DNA from: an uncultured Gemella sp.
GTDB lineage: Bacteria; Bacillota; Bacilli; Staphylococcales; Gemellaceae
Length of the DNA: 64,000 nucleotides
Reading direction: 5' to 3'
Assembly (NCBI GenBank): GCA_900555985.1
Contig: USNF01000001.1
Span: 82,524 to 146,523 of the forward strand
The number at the start of each line of letters is the position of its first letter. Position 1 is the stretch's first letter. The notes beneath the pieces were generated by a model, which saw only the letters and a program-made list of their open reading frames with translations, did no database searches and had not been told where the DNA came from. This document shows, in pieces, positions 20,418 through 29,714 of the stretch. A program made the position numbers and the translations under genes.

Positions 20418-21022
20418 ACGATAGAAATAGTTTTAATAGTAGAAGGAACTTCTGTTCCTAGATGCCTTTGAATGACTTTTACTTTTAATGTATTGCTGTT
20501 AGGTTTATATCTAAAAGCTTCTTGTTTTGGCGTATACGTAATTGTATATTCATCGTCGCTATTAATGGATTGCAACTGTGAATACGTTAAATCTGTTTTG
20601 ATATTATTTTTATAGATAGTAACTTCTTTAGATTCATCGATTGGAAAACGTATTGGTAAGTTAAAAAAGATTTTTTCTTTAATTACTTGTGGTAATTCTT
20701 TCGGCTGAATTGGATATTCTTTATTATTATCTATAATATAATATTCTTGGCTTACTTCTGGATTCGTTTGACTAACAGATATTGTAATAAAATTATTATT
20801 TTTAATTTTTACTTCTGGAGAAATATATCCAGATACCGTTAATGGTTGTTTATTAAAAATATTAATTGAATTGATACCGAAGTTATATTCATAGGTTGTA
20901 TCATATGATTGATTTGTATTTAAATTTAAAGCTTCTGCATCAATCATATCTATATTTTTTACATTAGTGTTAGCAAAATCAGAAGCGAAATTATCTGTAT
21001 TAATTGATTCTTTAAGCGTCAT
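20384..21022 (-). CDS. Putative virion structural protein
   Basis: 212-aa beta-rich ORF in module. Confidence 0.5.
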   Translation of the reverse strand: MTLKESINTDNFASDFANTNVKNIDMIDAEALNLNTNQSYDTTYEYNFGINSINIFNKQPLTVSGYISPEVKIKNNNFITISVSQTNPEVSQEYYIIDNNKEYPIQPKELPQVIKEKIFFNLPIRFPIDESKEVTIYKNNIKTDLTYSQLQSINSDDEYTITYTPKQEAFRYKPNSNTLKVKVIQRHLGTEVPSTIKTISIVCHGGSAIWNI

Positions 21023-21121
21023 AATCTGTCAACTTTCTTATCCACTGAACTTCATATAATTTTACTGAGAATGCAATTTTTTAGTAAAAACTTTTTAGGA
21101 CATTTTAGAATCATTTTTTAA

Positions 21122-22276
21122 TTAATTAAAAATCTTCTTTATCCAGTAATGAACTTCTTTATCTGTAATACGATTTTTTAATTTTTCTTTATTCATAATT
21201 TGGTTATCATCTATTTTTGTGACTTCAGGGAAGCGTCGCCAATCTTCATTCCAGAAATGGAAGCTACCTACTGGTTCATACATACCATTAGACATTTTTT
21301 GCATAATAGCTCCTTTGATACCAAGTACCCAAGGTCTATAGGTAGTATATATGTATTCGCCTGTGCCAGTAACTTGCTCAACATGCTTTTCTTTAACATC
21401 TTGTACTTGTTCTTCTTTATGAGTAATATTGGTTTCGATTTCTTTTTCTTTTGTAGTTGTGCCACTAGGAATAGACATATCGTTAGTTGGAATATTTGTT
21501 TTAGGCGAATTAATTGTATTAGCTTTTTTGCCAATATTATAATTAACACAATTAAGATTAAAATTAAAACCAGATACAATCGTTGGATTAATGTAGCCAT
21601 TAATGATATTAATTGGCTCACTAGAAGATTCATGTACAATAGTAGGGTCTAATAATTGTACATTAGTAATATCTAATCCAATATAATTATAGGTTTGTGG
21701 ATTAGAAATAGTAGTTTGTACTTGTTCAAGAACACCGCCGACAAAGGGATTATCTGCGAAATAAATAGAAACACCAGGTTTTTCTTTTAATAGATTATTA
21801 TACGTATTATTATAACAATCTATATCCGATTTATGAATAATATTATTTAAATTAGCTTTAGCTAAAATAGTACCAGGCATTTCTAATGAATGATTATTAA
21901 TATCCATCTGTTGAATAATAGAACCATCTCTATCTCGAATCGTATCTTTAGACGCCAAAAACTGTATTAAATATGATACAGAATTATTATCTTGATATAA
22001 ATCAGATACATCTTCTATAGTTTTTAAATATTCTTTGAATTGATTTTCTTTTTTTTCGATTTGTTCTTTTACAAATACTTCTGTGTAGTTATGTAATTGT
22101 TCGAGTAAACGAATTTTGTCATATATAGTATTAAGTTCTGTTTCTATGTATTCAAAAGTTATATTAGCTTCATCGGATAACATAGTTTCAGATAACTTAA
22201 TAGGAATTAATATTTTTTCTTCTGATAATTCATTAATGATATCAGATATATTTTTTTCAGTAATTAATTTATTCAT
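21122..22276 (-). CDS. Putative virion structural protein
   Basis: 384 aa, coiled coil ANITFEYIETELNTIY. Confidence 0.55.
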   Translation of the reverse strand: MNKLITEKNISDIINELSEEKILIPIKLSETMLSDEANITFEYIETELNTIYDKIRLLEQLHNYTEVFVKEQIEKKENQFKEYLKTIEDVSDLYQDNNSVSYLIQFLASKDTIRDRDGSIIQQMDINNHSLEMPGTILAKANLNNIIHKSDIDCYNNTYNNLLKEKPGVSIYFADNPFVGGVLEQVQTTISNPQTYNYIGLDITNVQLLDPTIVHESSSEPINIINGYINPTIVSGFNFNLNCVNYNIGKKANTINSPKTNIPTNDMSIPSGTTTKEKEIETNITHKEEQVQDVKEKHVEQVTGTGEYIYTTYRPWVLGIKGAIMQKMSNGMYEPVGSFHFWNEDWRRFPEVTKIDDNQIMNKEKLKNRITDKEVHYWIKKIFN

Positions 22277-22682
22277 TATGGTTAGGGTATTCCATATTAA
22301 AATATCTTACGAAGCGTGGCATAGTGCCATCTTCTAAATATTGTTTAAATTCTTTTGTATATTGTATTGTATTATCTTCCGCTGTTTCTAATATATCTAA
22401 GAAAGAAATAGAATATTTTCCTTCTTTATCATAAAAACAAATAAAAGCAGAAATTTTATTGTCTATATCCATAGCTAATCCAAGTTGACTTTGAGAGTCA
22501 GGAATAATAAATTTCATACGTTTATACACTTTAGGAAAATTATGTTTAAAGTATTGATGAACTAATTTATTTTCATCGACATAAGTAATGTCTCTATCTT
22601 TGTATCTTTTTTCAAAACAATGAGCGATAGTTCCGTCAAAAATTAATTTTAATGCTTGAAAAATAAGTTGTGTAGGCATCAT
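22269..22682 (-). CDS. Hypothetical protein
   Basis: 137 aa, AAGGA RBS, preceded by GTAATATA motif. Confidence 0.6.
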   Translation of the reverse strand: MMPTQLIFQALKLIFDGTIAHCFEKRYKDRDITYVDENKLVHQYFKHNFPKVYKRMKFIIPDSQSQLGLAMDIDNKISAFICFYDKEGKYSISFLDILETAEDNTIQYTKEFKQYLEDGTMPRFVRYFNMEYPNHNE

Positions 22683-22707
22683 ATGTAGTGTCCTTCTTTC
22701 TTTACTA

Positions 22708-22715
22708 TATATTAC
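22708..22715 (-). promoter_or_regulatory. GTAATATA motif
   Basis: About 25 nt upstream of ATG 22682, just after a terminator. Confidence 0.5.
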
Positions 22716-22736
22716 ATTTTAATAGTAACATTATAA

Positions 22737-22768
22737 CAAAAAAACGACGACTATAAAAGCCGTCGTTT
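22737..22768 (-). terminator. Intrinsic terminator
   Basis: AAACGACG/CGTCGTTT stem with minus-strand T tract. Confidence 0.7.
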
Positions 22769-22791
22769 AATTTTATATATTTAATTATCTA

Positions 22792-25302
22792 TTATAAATG
22801 GTTTAAACTTCCAACTATAAATGATGGAGTAGTTTCTAATTTTTCTTTTGCTAATTTAAGAATTGGGTCATTTTTATCTTTTATTTGAATTGTAAGGTCT
22901 TTTGAAATCTTTAGATATACAATGTTATTTTGTAAGGTTACAAATAAATATTTATCAAACAATTCATTTTCATTACTTAAATCAGTTTGATTAGAGTTAA
23001 TACTAATTAATTCTGCATTAGGTAAATATGTTAAGATATCTTGTTTTGTGATATTTGTTCCACTATATTGACAATTTGCAGAAATGACTTTCATGTTTTT
23101 CATGTTAGGCAATTGTAAATATCGTGACCATCTACCTTCTATTTTTCCGTTATCTCTAAAAATTTCTTTACCGTCTAAATCACTATTTTTGTCAACAGGG
23201 TTAACTTCATTACTTGAAGTATATACTTTAGACATATCCATATTTTGTAATACAGTTAATAATTTTTCTTTTTTAGATTTAACTTTATTAAAGATATTTC
23301 TAAAAGATGTAGTATCTAAATGTAAATCGGAAAATTTAAGATTTGCTTGTTGTTGTGATTTTAATGGAGTCCATCCATTAGAAGTCATATAATCAAAATA
23401 TTTTGTACCTTCAACGTTAATAATGAATGTAGAAATAGAAACTGGTTTTTCTTTTTCCATCCATTCTGTTAACATAGATTCTTCAATAACATTAATACAA
23501 TTTTCTGCTTTAACATCTATTAGTTGAGTACAATAATTGATATTTTTTGATGTAATGTTTGTATTAAAAAAGTCATTATATCTGTTATAAATTTTATTTA
23601 ATACAGTTTGTTTTACATCATCTGGTGTTTGTTTCCATGTAAATGTGTATAAAGTATCAAAATACTCATTTAAATCTTTTGTAAAGACTAAAGCATTTAA
23701 ATAATAATATTTAAAATCAATTTTATTAACGTCTTCTTTATTATTTACAATTTGGATTTCTTTAAGGTTTCTGTTAAATAAACCACCAATTCCATCACTA
23801 TTTGTAAATTCAATAGCGCCATCTAATCCACGATTAACATCTTTATATAAAATATTAGGATAGAATTTTACTAAAGTATTTTCATCATTAATATAGTTTA
23901 ATTCATATTCTTTAATTTTATTTTGAACACTATCTTTTTGAGCAGATGTTAATTCTGTCCATTGTTTGGTATCTTTATTAATATAGTAAGATAAGGTATC
24001 ATCTAAAATCAAATTATTTACATTATTATTATATCTATATCCTAAAACAGAGTTTTTTAATGTATCTTTTTTAATAATATAATATTTATTATCACCATTA
24101 TACAAAGTAAGTTTTTCAAAATTTGTTGGAATGATTGGTTCGTTACCATATTCGTCTTTAATAGTTCCTAAAGAATAATTAATAAGTTTTGTTGTGTCAA
24201 AATTATTAATTAAATTACTATATACTTCTGTAGATGCATTAATAAAACTATCAGAAATATTTTTAGGTAATTCTTTCCATTCACTAGAAACAAAATTATA
24301 ATATTTTGTTTTAGTGTTATTTAAAATAATTTTTTTATTTGCATTATTTTCATTATCAATGAAATAGTTTTTTTGTCTTGATATATTTTCAATTGACATT
24401 TTAGTTGTTTCATCAGCAATATATGTATCAATTCTGCTATCAAAACTAAACGAATTAGTTAAATTTATATTTTGTGTTTGTATTTTATTAAAATCTGGTT
24501 TTTGAATTACTTTAAATAAAGAATTTTCATATTGTTTAGGAAGATTTACTGGCATATTTTCCCATTGTTTTGTTTGTAGGTTGTAATATTTTGATGCATT
24601 TTCATTAATGTATAAAATAAAATGATTATTAGGAATATCTTTATTATCTTCCGTAAAGACAGTATTGATTTCTTCTTGTGTTGTATAATTAATATAATAT
24701 CCTATATTTGAAAGAATTATTTGTGAAATATTGCTGTTAACAAAATCTACATAAGGAACTACTTTATATGTATTTAAATAATGTCCAAATATATCATATT
24801 CATTAATGGTATATTCTTTAGATGTATCAATTTCAGTAGGTAATTCAAAATTATCTTCTACAGGAGAGGTGAAATGTACAAATTTTTCAAATGTACCTTG
24901 TTTAATTTTAAAACCTACATTAGAAGATAATTTGCCATTTAAAATATTTTTAATAACATGAGGTTGGCTAGGAATATAATATACTCTTTCACTATATTCA
25001 TTGTCAGATGTTTGACCATTAGAGATTTGATTTTTAATAAATGGTACAAGTAATTCAAAAGGATTAACAGAAATATTATTAGCTTTAGCAATTTCTGAAT
25101 TAATACCAATTTCTGTTTTGAATTTTTCAATAGAATCTTTAATTTCTTTAGAGGAGCCAGCTACTTCATTAATGGCATTAACAGTAGATGTTTTGTCATC
25201 TGTTACAAGAGTATCTGTATTACCAATTTTTAATTTAAGAGCTTTAATGTCGCCAGCTACTGCTTGAGCAAAAAGTATTAATCGTTTAACTCGATTATTC
25301 AT
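22792..25302 (-). CDS. Putative tail fibre / receptor-binding protein with five internal Y(Y/F)..W repeats
   Basis: LVTDDKTSTVNAINEV fibre-type motif. Repeats such as ILYINENASKYYNLQTKQWENMP. Extremely AT/Asn-rich. Confidence 0.55.
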   Translation of the reverse strand: MNNRVKRLILFAQAVAGDIKALKLKIGNTDTLVTDDKTSTVNAINEVAGSSKEIKDSIEKFKTEIGINSEIAKANNISVNPFELLVPFIKNQISNGQTSDNEYSERVYYIPSQPHVIKNILNGKLSSNVGFKIKQGTFEKFVHFTSPVEDNFELPTEIDTSKEYTINEYDIFGHYLNTYKVVPYVDFVNSNISQIILSNIGYYINYTTQEEINTVFTEDNKDIPNNHFILYINENASKYYNLQTKQWENMPVNLPKQYENSLFKVIQKPDFNKIQTQNINLTNSFSFDSRIDTYIADETTKMSIENISRQKNYFIDNENNANKKIILNNTKTKYYNFVSSEWKELPKNISDSFINASTEVYSNLINNFDTTKLINYSLGTIKDEYGNEPIIPTNFEKLTLYNGDNKYYIIKKDTLKNSVLGYRYNNNVNNLILDDTLSYYINKDTKQWTELTSAQKDSVQNKIKEYELNYINDENTLVKFYPNILYKDVNRGLDGAIEFTNSDGIGGLFNRNLKEIQIVNNKEDVNKIDFKYYYLNALVFTKDLNEYFDTLYTFTWKQTPDDVKQTVLNKIYNRYNDFFNTNITSKNINYCTQLIDVKAENCINVIEESMLTEWMEKEKPVSISTFIINVEGTKYFDYMTSNGWTPLKSQQQANLKFSDLHLDTTSFRNIFNKVKSKKEKLLTVLQNMDMSKVYTSSNEVNPVDKNSDLDGKEIFRDNGKIEGRWSRYLQLPNMKNMKVISANCQYSGTNITKQDILTYLPNAELISINSNQTDLSNENELFDKYLFVTLQNNIVYLKISKDLTIQIKDKNDPILKLAKEKLETTPSFIVGSLNHL

Positions 25303-25328
25303 ATGAAAGAGTCCTTTCTAAAAATAAA

Positions 25329-25526
25329 TTATTGTTTAGCTGCTTCATATACAGCTACTAAATCTACGTCTTCGTCAGCATATTCTTGTACAATAGCTAA
25401 GACTTTTTGTTTAAATTCTTCGTCAGATTGCTTTGGTTCTACTACTGGAGCTTTTTTAGTAGTAATCGCATCTTTAATATTAGAGAGAATTTCAATAATT
25501 TTTTCTAATGATTGTTTAGTAGTCAT
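25329..25526 (-). CDS. Small hypothetical protein
   Basis: 65 aa. Ends VDLVAVYEAAKQ. Confidence 0.55.
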   Translation of the reverse strand: MTTKQSLEKIIEILSNIKDAITTKKAPVVEPKQSDEEFKQKVLAIVQEYADEDVDLVAVYEAAKQ

Positions 25527-25532
25527 ATGATA

Positions 25533-25742
25533 CTAATTCCTTTCTTGTAGATAAACGGTAAGAAAGTCCTCTTCATGGAGTTCTTCTTCTTCGATTTCGT
25601 CTTTAATAGTTCTGACGACATCTCGAAGTTCTTTCCATTTTTTAATCGCATCATCAGGAGTATCAGCTGCCAATAAATCATGCATTAATCTATAGACTTC
25701 TCTGTCTTCGCTGTTGAGGCATTGGTCGATAATATCAGGCAT
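25533..25742 (-). CDS. Small acidic hypothetical protein
   Basis: 69 aa, AAAGGA RBS. Confidence 0.6.
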   Translation of the reverse strand: MPDIIDQCLNSEDREVYRLMHDLLAADTPDDAIKKWKELRDVVRTIKDEIEEEELHEEDFLTVYLQERN

Positions 25743-25761
25743 TCGAATGTCCTTTCTATGT

Positions 25762-25804
25762 AAAAATATATAAGGGTGAAAGAAGCTTCACCCTTATATA
25801 TTAC
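25762..25804 (-). terminator. Terminator hairpin overlapping a GTAATATA motif (25797-25804)
   Basis: AATATATAAGGGTGAA / TTCACCCTTATATATT 16-bp stem. Confidence 0.65.
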
Positions 25805-25808
25805 TTCG

Positions 25809-28800
25809 TTACCATTTAAATTTAATGTAATTATCTGGTAAATTTTCAGTTGTATATCCAGGTTTTAGATGTAAATCATTAATTTGAATATCACGAATTA
25901 CTAATTCTTTTAATGCACCGCAGTTTTCAAACATATTGTCTGTAGATACTGCATTATGATTATCTAAGCGAGGCAAGTTTACAAGTTTTTCACAATTAGC
26001 AAACATGCCGTCATATACATATACATTAGATAAATCTAAATTAGTAACTGTTGTTAATTGTTTACAACTATCGAATACGGATTTACCCATTTTTACAATA
26101 TGAGGTAAGTTAACTACTTCAAGTTTCGTATTATGGAAAGCAGAGTTAGCTAATGTTACATCATTAGGAATCCATAAATCTTTTACGTCATTATGAATTG
26201 AGCCAGGGTTAACAACTGTAACAAATGGAGCATATACTTTTTCATGTCCAGCTAATTCTTTTTGTGTTTCGATAGAAATAGGTCCACGACGATTGTATAA
26301 CCAATAACCGCTAGGAGCTACTACTTTAGAAATACCATTAGCATATTCTTCTTTATAATCGCCCCAATAAATAACATCATAATTATTTTCGAGAGCCATT
26401 ACTTGATAGCCTTCAGGAATAGATAAGTCTCTAATAGAGCGTACATTTCTAATTAAAATATGTGTGATATTTTTATCATTAGCAAACATATCTTTTAAAT
26501 AGAAATCTTCATATGCTTCATTATCGACTACATTTAAATCTAATTCTGCGTCAATTAATGCATAGCAATTAGCAAACATATTACTCATATTAGATACGCC
26601 TGTTGTAGACATATTAGTAATATGTTTTAAAGAATTACATCCTTTAAACATAGCATTCGCATCTTGTTGAGATAATGCAACACCATCAATCGCTTCGATT
26701 GCGTTACAATTTTCAAACATAGAACGAGATACTTTTACATTGTCATAATGAATGGTTGGCAATGTTTCGAGCACAGAACAATTTTTAAATGCTTGTTCAA
26801 AGTTTCTATTCATAGGTAATGTAATAGAATCTGCTAATGTCATAGAAGAACAATCTTTAAATAATTTGTTAGCAGTTGTAACTTTAGGACCATTAATCGT
26901 AGGAGCAGAATTAATACCTGAACATCCTTCAAATGCAGAGTTTAGATTTTTTACATTACTATAATTTAATGGAGGAATCACACGAATTGAATGGCAATTA
27001 CGTAACATAGCTTCCATAGATTCAGCATTAGCTGTGGAAGTCATATTAGGAACATATTTCAATGCGTTGCAACCATCAAACATAGACGTAAAATCTAAAC
27101 AATTATCTGTTACTAAATCACCTATATTAATTAATGCAGAACAATTTTGGAATGTACCAGTTAAATCACGAGCAACGTGAGTGTCTAATTCAACAACATT
27201 TTTAAGTTGTTTAGAATTAGCAAATACATGATGACCGAATTCAATGACTTTAGGAGCTCTAAATTCTACTAAACGAGAATTAGCCAACGCATAGTTACCT
27301 AAATGCATTTCATTAGGGAACCACAAATGAGTTACTTCTGTATTAGTAAATAAAGAACTATCTGTTTCATCGGAATGTAATTCTGTTACGAATGGTGCAT
27401 ATACTTTTGGATGACCTTGTAATTCATGAATATCTTCAGCGGTAATTGGACCTTCATGCCGCCATAACCAATAATCAGCAGGTACTTGTAAATCCTCTTC
27501 TGTTTTAGCAGGACGAAGTTTATCAATAGTATCTTTGCTATCATTAATCATTTTAACTAAATCCATTAAACCTTTTAATGCATCAATATTTAATGCCGTA
27601 TTCGCTGGAGTAGGTAAATCAGTTACGAGTTGTTTGTTTCTATCTTCGATTAATACATCTGTATCAGTATCAATCCATAAGTCTTCAATTTTGCCAATTA
27701 ATTTAGCATTGGATTCTTTACAAGATTTTTCCCAAAAGATTTCAACTTCGAAATCATTATAGTAAAGAGCATTACCTTTTTCGTCTTTAAAATCTGTTTC
27801 AAAAACGATACGGTCAGATAATGTTTCATCATCTTGCCAACCATTATTAATAATGCGACTTAATGGTACTTCATAGCGACCTTCTTGTAATACTTTAGTT
27901 TTACATACTTCTGGGTCCCATTCCGTTAATTTAGCTTTAACGATTACTTTATAGTTAATAGGATATACCTTAGCATGTTTATCTGCATGGAATCCTTTTT
28001 TAACTGTTAATGCTGTGTGTTGGATATCAGATACTTCACGAATCATGTCGCCGAAAGCAACTGGTCTATTTTTAGAATAATAGAAACCATCAACGTCAAA
28101 GACTTCTTTACCTTTTACATTAACGATTGCATTATCAGGAAAATCACCAAATGCTTGTGTATTATATTCATCAGTCAAATAGAATACGCCTTCACGACCA
28201 ATCCGTAAATTTACTTTAATTTTAGAGGAGGCTTTATTGTCAGCATTTTTCCAATGAGCTGTATAAATACCAGTATCATGTGGAATGAATTGTTCGCCTT
28301 CTGCTTCATACAAAGTAATGCCATAATATAAATCAGCTGCATCGATATCATAATTAGTAACTAACGCATTTTGACGAGAATCTTGCCCTTGTTTAGTATA
28401 CTCTAATGCTTTATTCATATTATGTACATCGAGGGTAGCCATTTTATTCGTAGCAATAAATGTTACATCATAATAGTTAGCATCATCAGCATTTGTTAAT
28501 GCTTCGATAATCATAACATAACGAACTTTAGTATTGCTTGTATCAGAATTATCATATTCTTTTAACAATGGATAATTAGATGGATTAGATTGTGCGGTAA
28601 AAGTAGATAAACCATTTAATCCATTTAATGCTTGTACGCCATTACGAGTGTTTGCATCAACTTCGCCATATGGGTCAAACATTTTAAATTCAGCTAAATG
28701 CATATCTTTAGATGCATCTACATTTAAAGGATATGATTCAGCTACTAATAAGCCATCATCTTTAGCCTGAATTGGGTTTTTAAAGTGAGTTAAATTCTTT

Positions 28801-29711
28801 TCATTAATAACGTAGCATTTTAAAGGACCAGGTTGACCGAACTTCTTAACTTTAATCATGATGTTGCCAAGATAATTTCTTTGATAAGAAGTTGGAATAC
28901 GGAATGTAGTACCCACACCTTTTCCTACGGAATTAATTTTTCTTACAATCCAATGTGTATCATCATCAGTAGATGTATGATATGTTTTTTGACCAGGATG
29001 AGTCGCAATAATTTCGCCCATAACAAAAGCTCCGTCTACGACAGAACCATAAGAACGATAAATATCTACTTCATCTTTAAGTACTCTGAAGTCTACGGCT
29101 GGCGTGAAAATAATCGTTTTGCCATCTTTAGAAGCTTCGACTACTTGTACTTGTCGAACTTTATTTTCTACTTTAGAATGAAGAACAATATGGTCATCTT
29201 TTTTAAATAGTTTCCAATTATCCTCTGATACTATAATAGAAGTTTTTGTCATAGGGTCTTTAGAATCTTCAACAGATGTTGCAACTACGTCTTTAATATG
29301 ACGAGGCATTTGACGACGGAATGGGTCGTAAAAACCTTCATAGGTTGCATAACTTTTGCCAAGACCTGCGGAAGCAATTTCTGCTCTGAGTTCATATACT
29401 TCAGATTTCAATGAGGCAATCGCTGCATTATATGCATTACGCATTGCTTCTGTGTCATTATTGAGCAATGCTCCCTTAACGGCAGGAAAGAAATAACTTT
29501 CTGGTTTGCCGTTAAGATTCATAGCATTACGTACTGTTGTTCTATCTTCAGGAGATACAGCAACAGCAATATTTTCAGAAGGAACACCGCCGACATGAGT
29601 TGTATCATTTGCGGATTCACTGTTATAAATAAATCCTTTGACGTGGAGATACTCTTCAATGTCATGCATATTTAGCATTGAGATACCGACTTTAGTAAAT
29701 CTTTCTGCCAT
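25809..29711 (-). CDS. Large tail-associated protein with C-terminal BspA/DUF285-like leucine-rich repeats
   Basis: 1300 aa. Many (M/A)FxxCxxL repeats in the C-terminal ~550 aa, arranged as two capped modules. Confidence 0.7.
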   Translation of the reverse strand: MAERFTKVGISMLNMHDIEEYLHVKGFIYNSESANDTTHVGGVPSENIAVAVSPEDRTTVRNAMNLNGKPESYFFPAVKGALLNNDTEAMRNAYNAAIASLKSEVYELRAEIASAGLGKSYATYEGFYDPFRRQMPRHIKDVVATSVEDSKDPMTKTSIIVSEDNWKLFKKDDHIVLHSKVENKVRQVQVVEASKDGKTIIFTPAVDFRVLKDEVDIYRSYGSVVDGAFVMGEIIATHPGQKTYHTSTDDDTHWIVRKINSVGKGVGTTFRIPTSYQRNYLGNIMIKVKKFGQPGPLKCYVINEKNLTHFKNPIQAKDDGLLVAESYPLNVDASKDMHLAEFKMFDPYGEVDANTRNGVQALNGLNGLSTFTAQSNPSNYPLLKEYDNSDTSNTKVRYVMIIEALTNADDANYYDVTFIATNKMATLDVHNMNKALEYTKQGQDSRQNALVTNYDIDAADLYYGITLYEAEGEQFIPHDTGIYTAHWKNADNKASSKIKVNLRIGREGVFYLTDEYNTQAFGDFPDNAIVNVKGKEVFDVDGFYYSKNRPVAFGDMIREVSDIQHTALTVKKGFHADKHAKVYPINYKVIVKAKLTEWDPEVCKTKVLQEGRYEVPLSRIINNGWQDDETLSDRIVFETDFKDEKGNALYYNDFEVEIFWEKSCKESNAKLIGKIEDLWIDTDTDVLIEDRNKQLVTDLPTPANTALNIDALKGLMDLVKMINDSKDTIDKLRPAKTEEDLQVPADYWLWRHEGPITAEDIHELQGHPKVYAPFVTELHSDETDSSLFTNTEVTHLWFPNEMHLGNYALANSRLVEFRAPKVIEFGHHVFANSKQLKNVVELDTHVARDLTGTFQNCSALINIGDLVTDNCLDFTSMFDGCNALKYVPNMTSTANAESMEAMLRNCHSIRVIPPLNYSNVKNLNSAFEGCSGINSAPTINGPKVTTANKLFKDCSSMTLADSITLPMNRNFEQAFKNCSVLETLPTIHYDNVKVSRSMFENCNAIEAIDGVALSQQDANAMFKGCNSLKHITNMSTTGVSNMSNMFANCYALIDAELDLNVVDNEAYEDFYLKDMFANDKNITHILIRNVRSIRDLSIPEGYQVMALENNYDVIYWGDYKEEYANGISKVVAPSGYWLYNRRGPISIETQKELAGHEKVYAPFVTVVNPGSIHNDVKDLWIPNDVTLANSAFHNTKLEVVNLPHIVKMGKSVFDSCKQLTTVTNLDLSNVYVYDGMFANCEKLVNLPRLDNHNAVSTDNMFENCGALKELVIRDIQINDLHLKPGYTTENLPDNYIKFKW

Positions 29712-29714
29712 TAT

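Noticed and set aside
21023..21121. Frameshift or intron joining the 384-aa and 212-aa genes
   Set aside because: The ~100-nt gap shows no intron core or clear slippery-site evidence. Left unresolved.
22792..29711. Diversity-generating retroelement targeting fibre genes
   Set aside because: No reverse transcriptase or adenine-variant TR/VR pair was seen in this window
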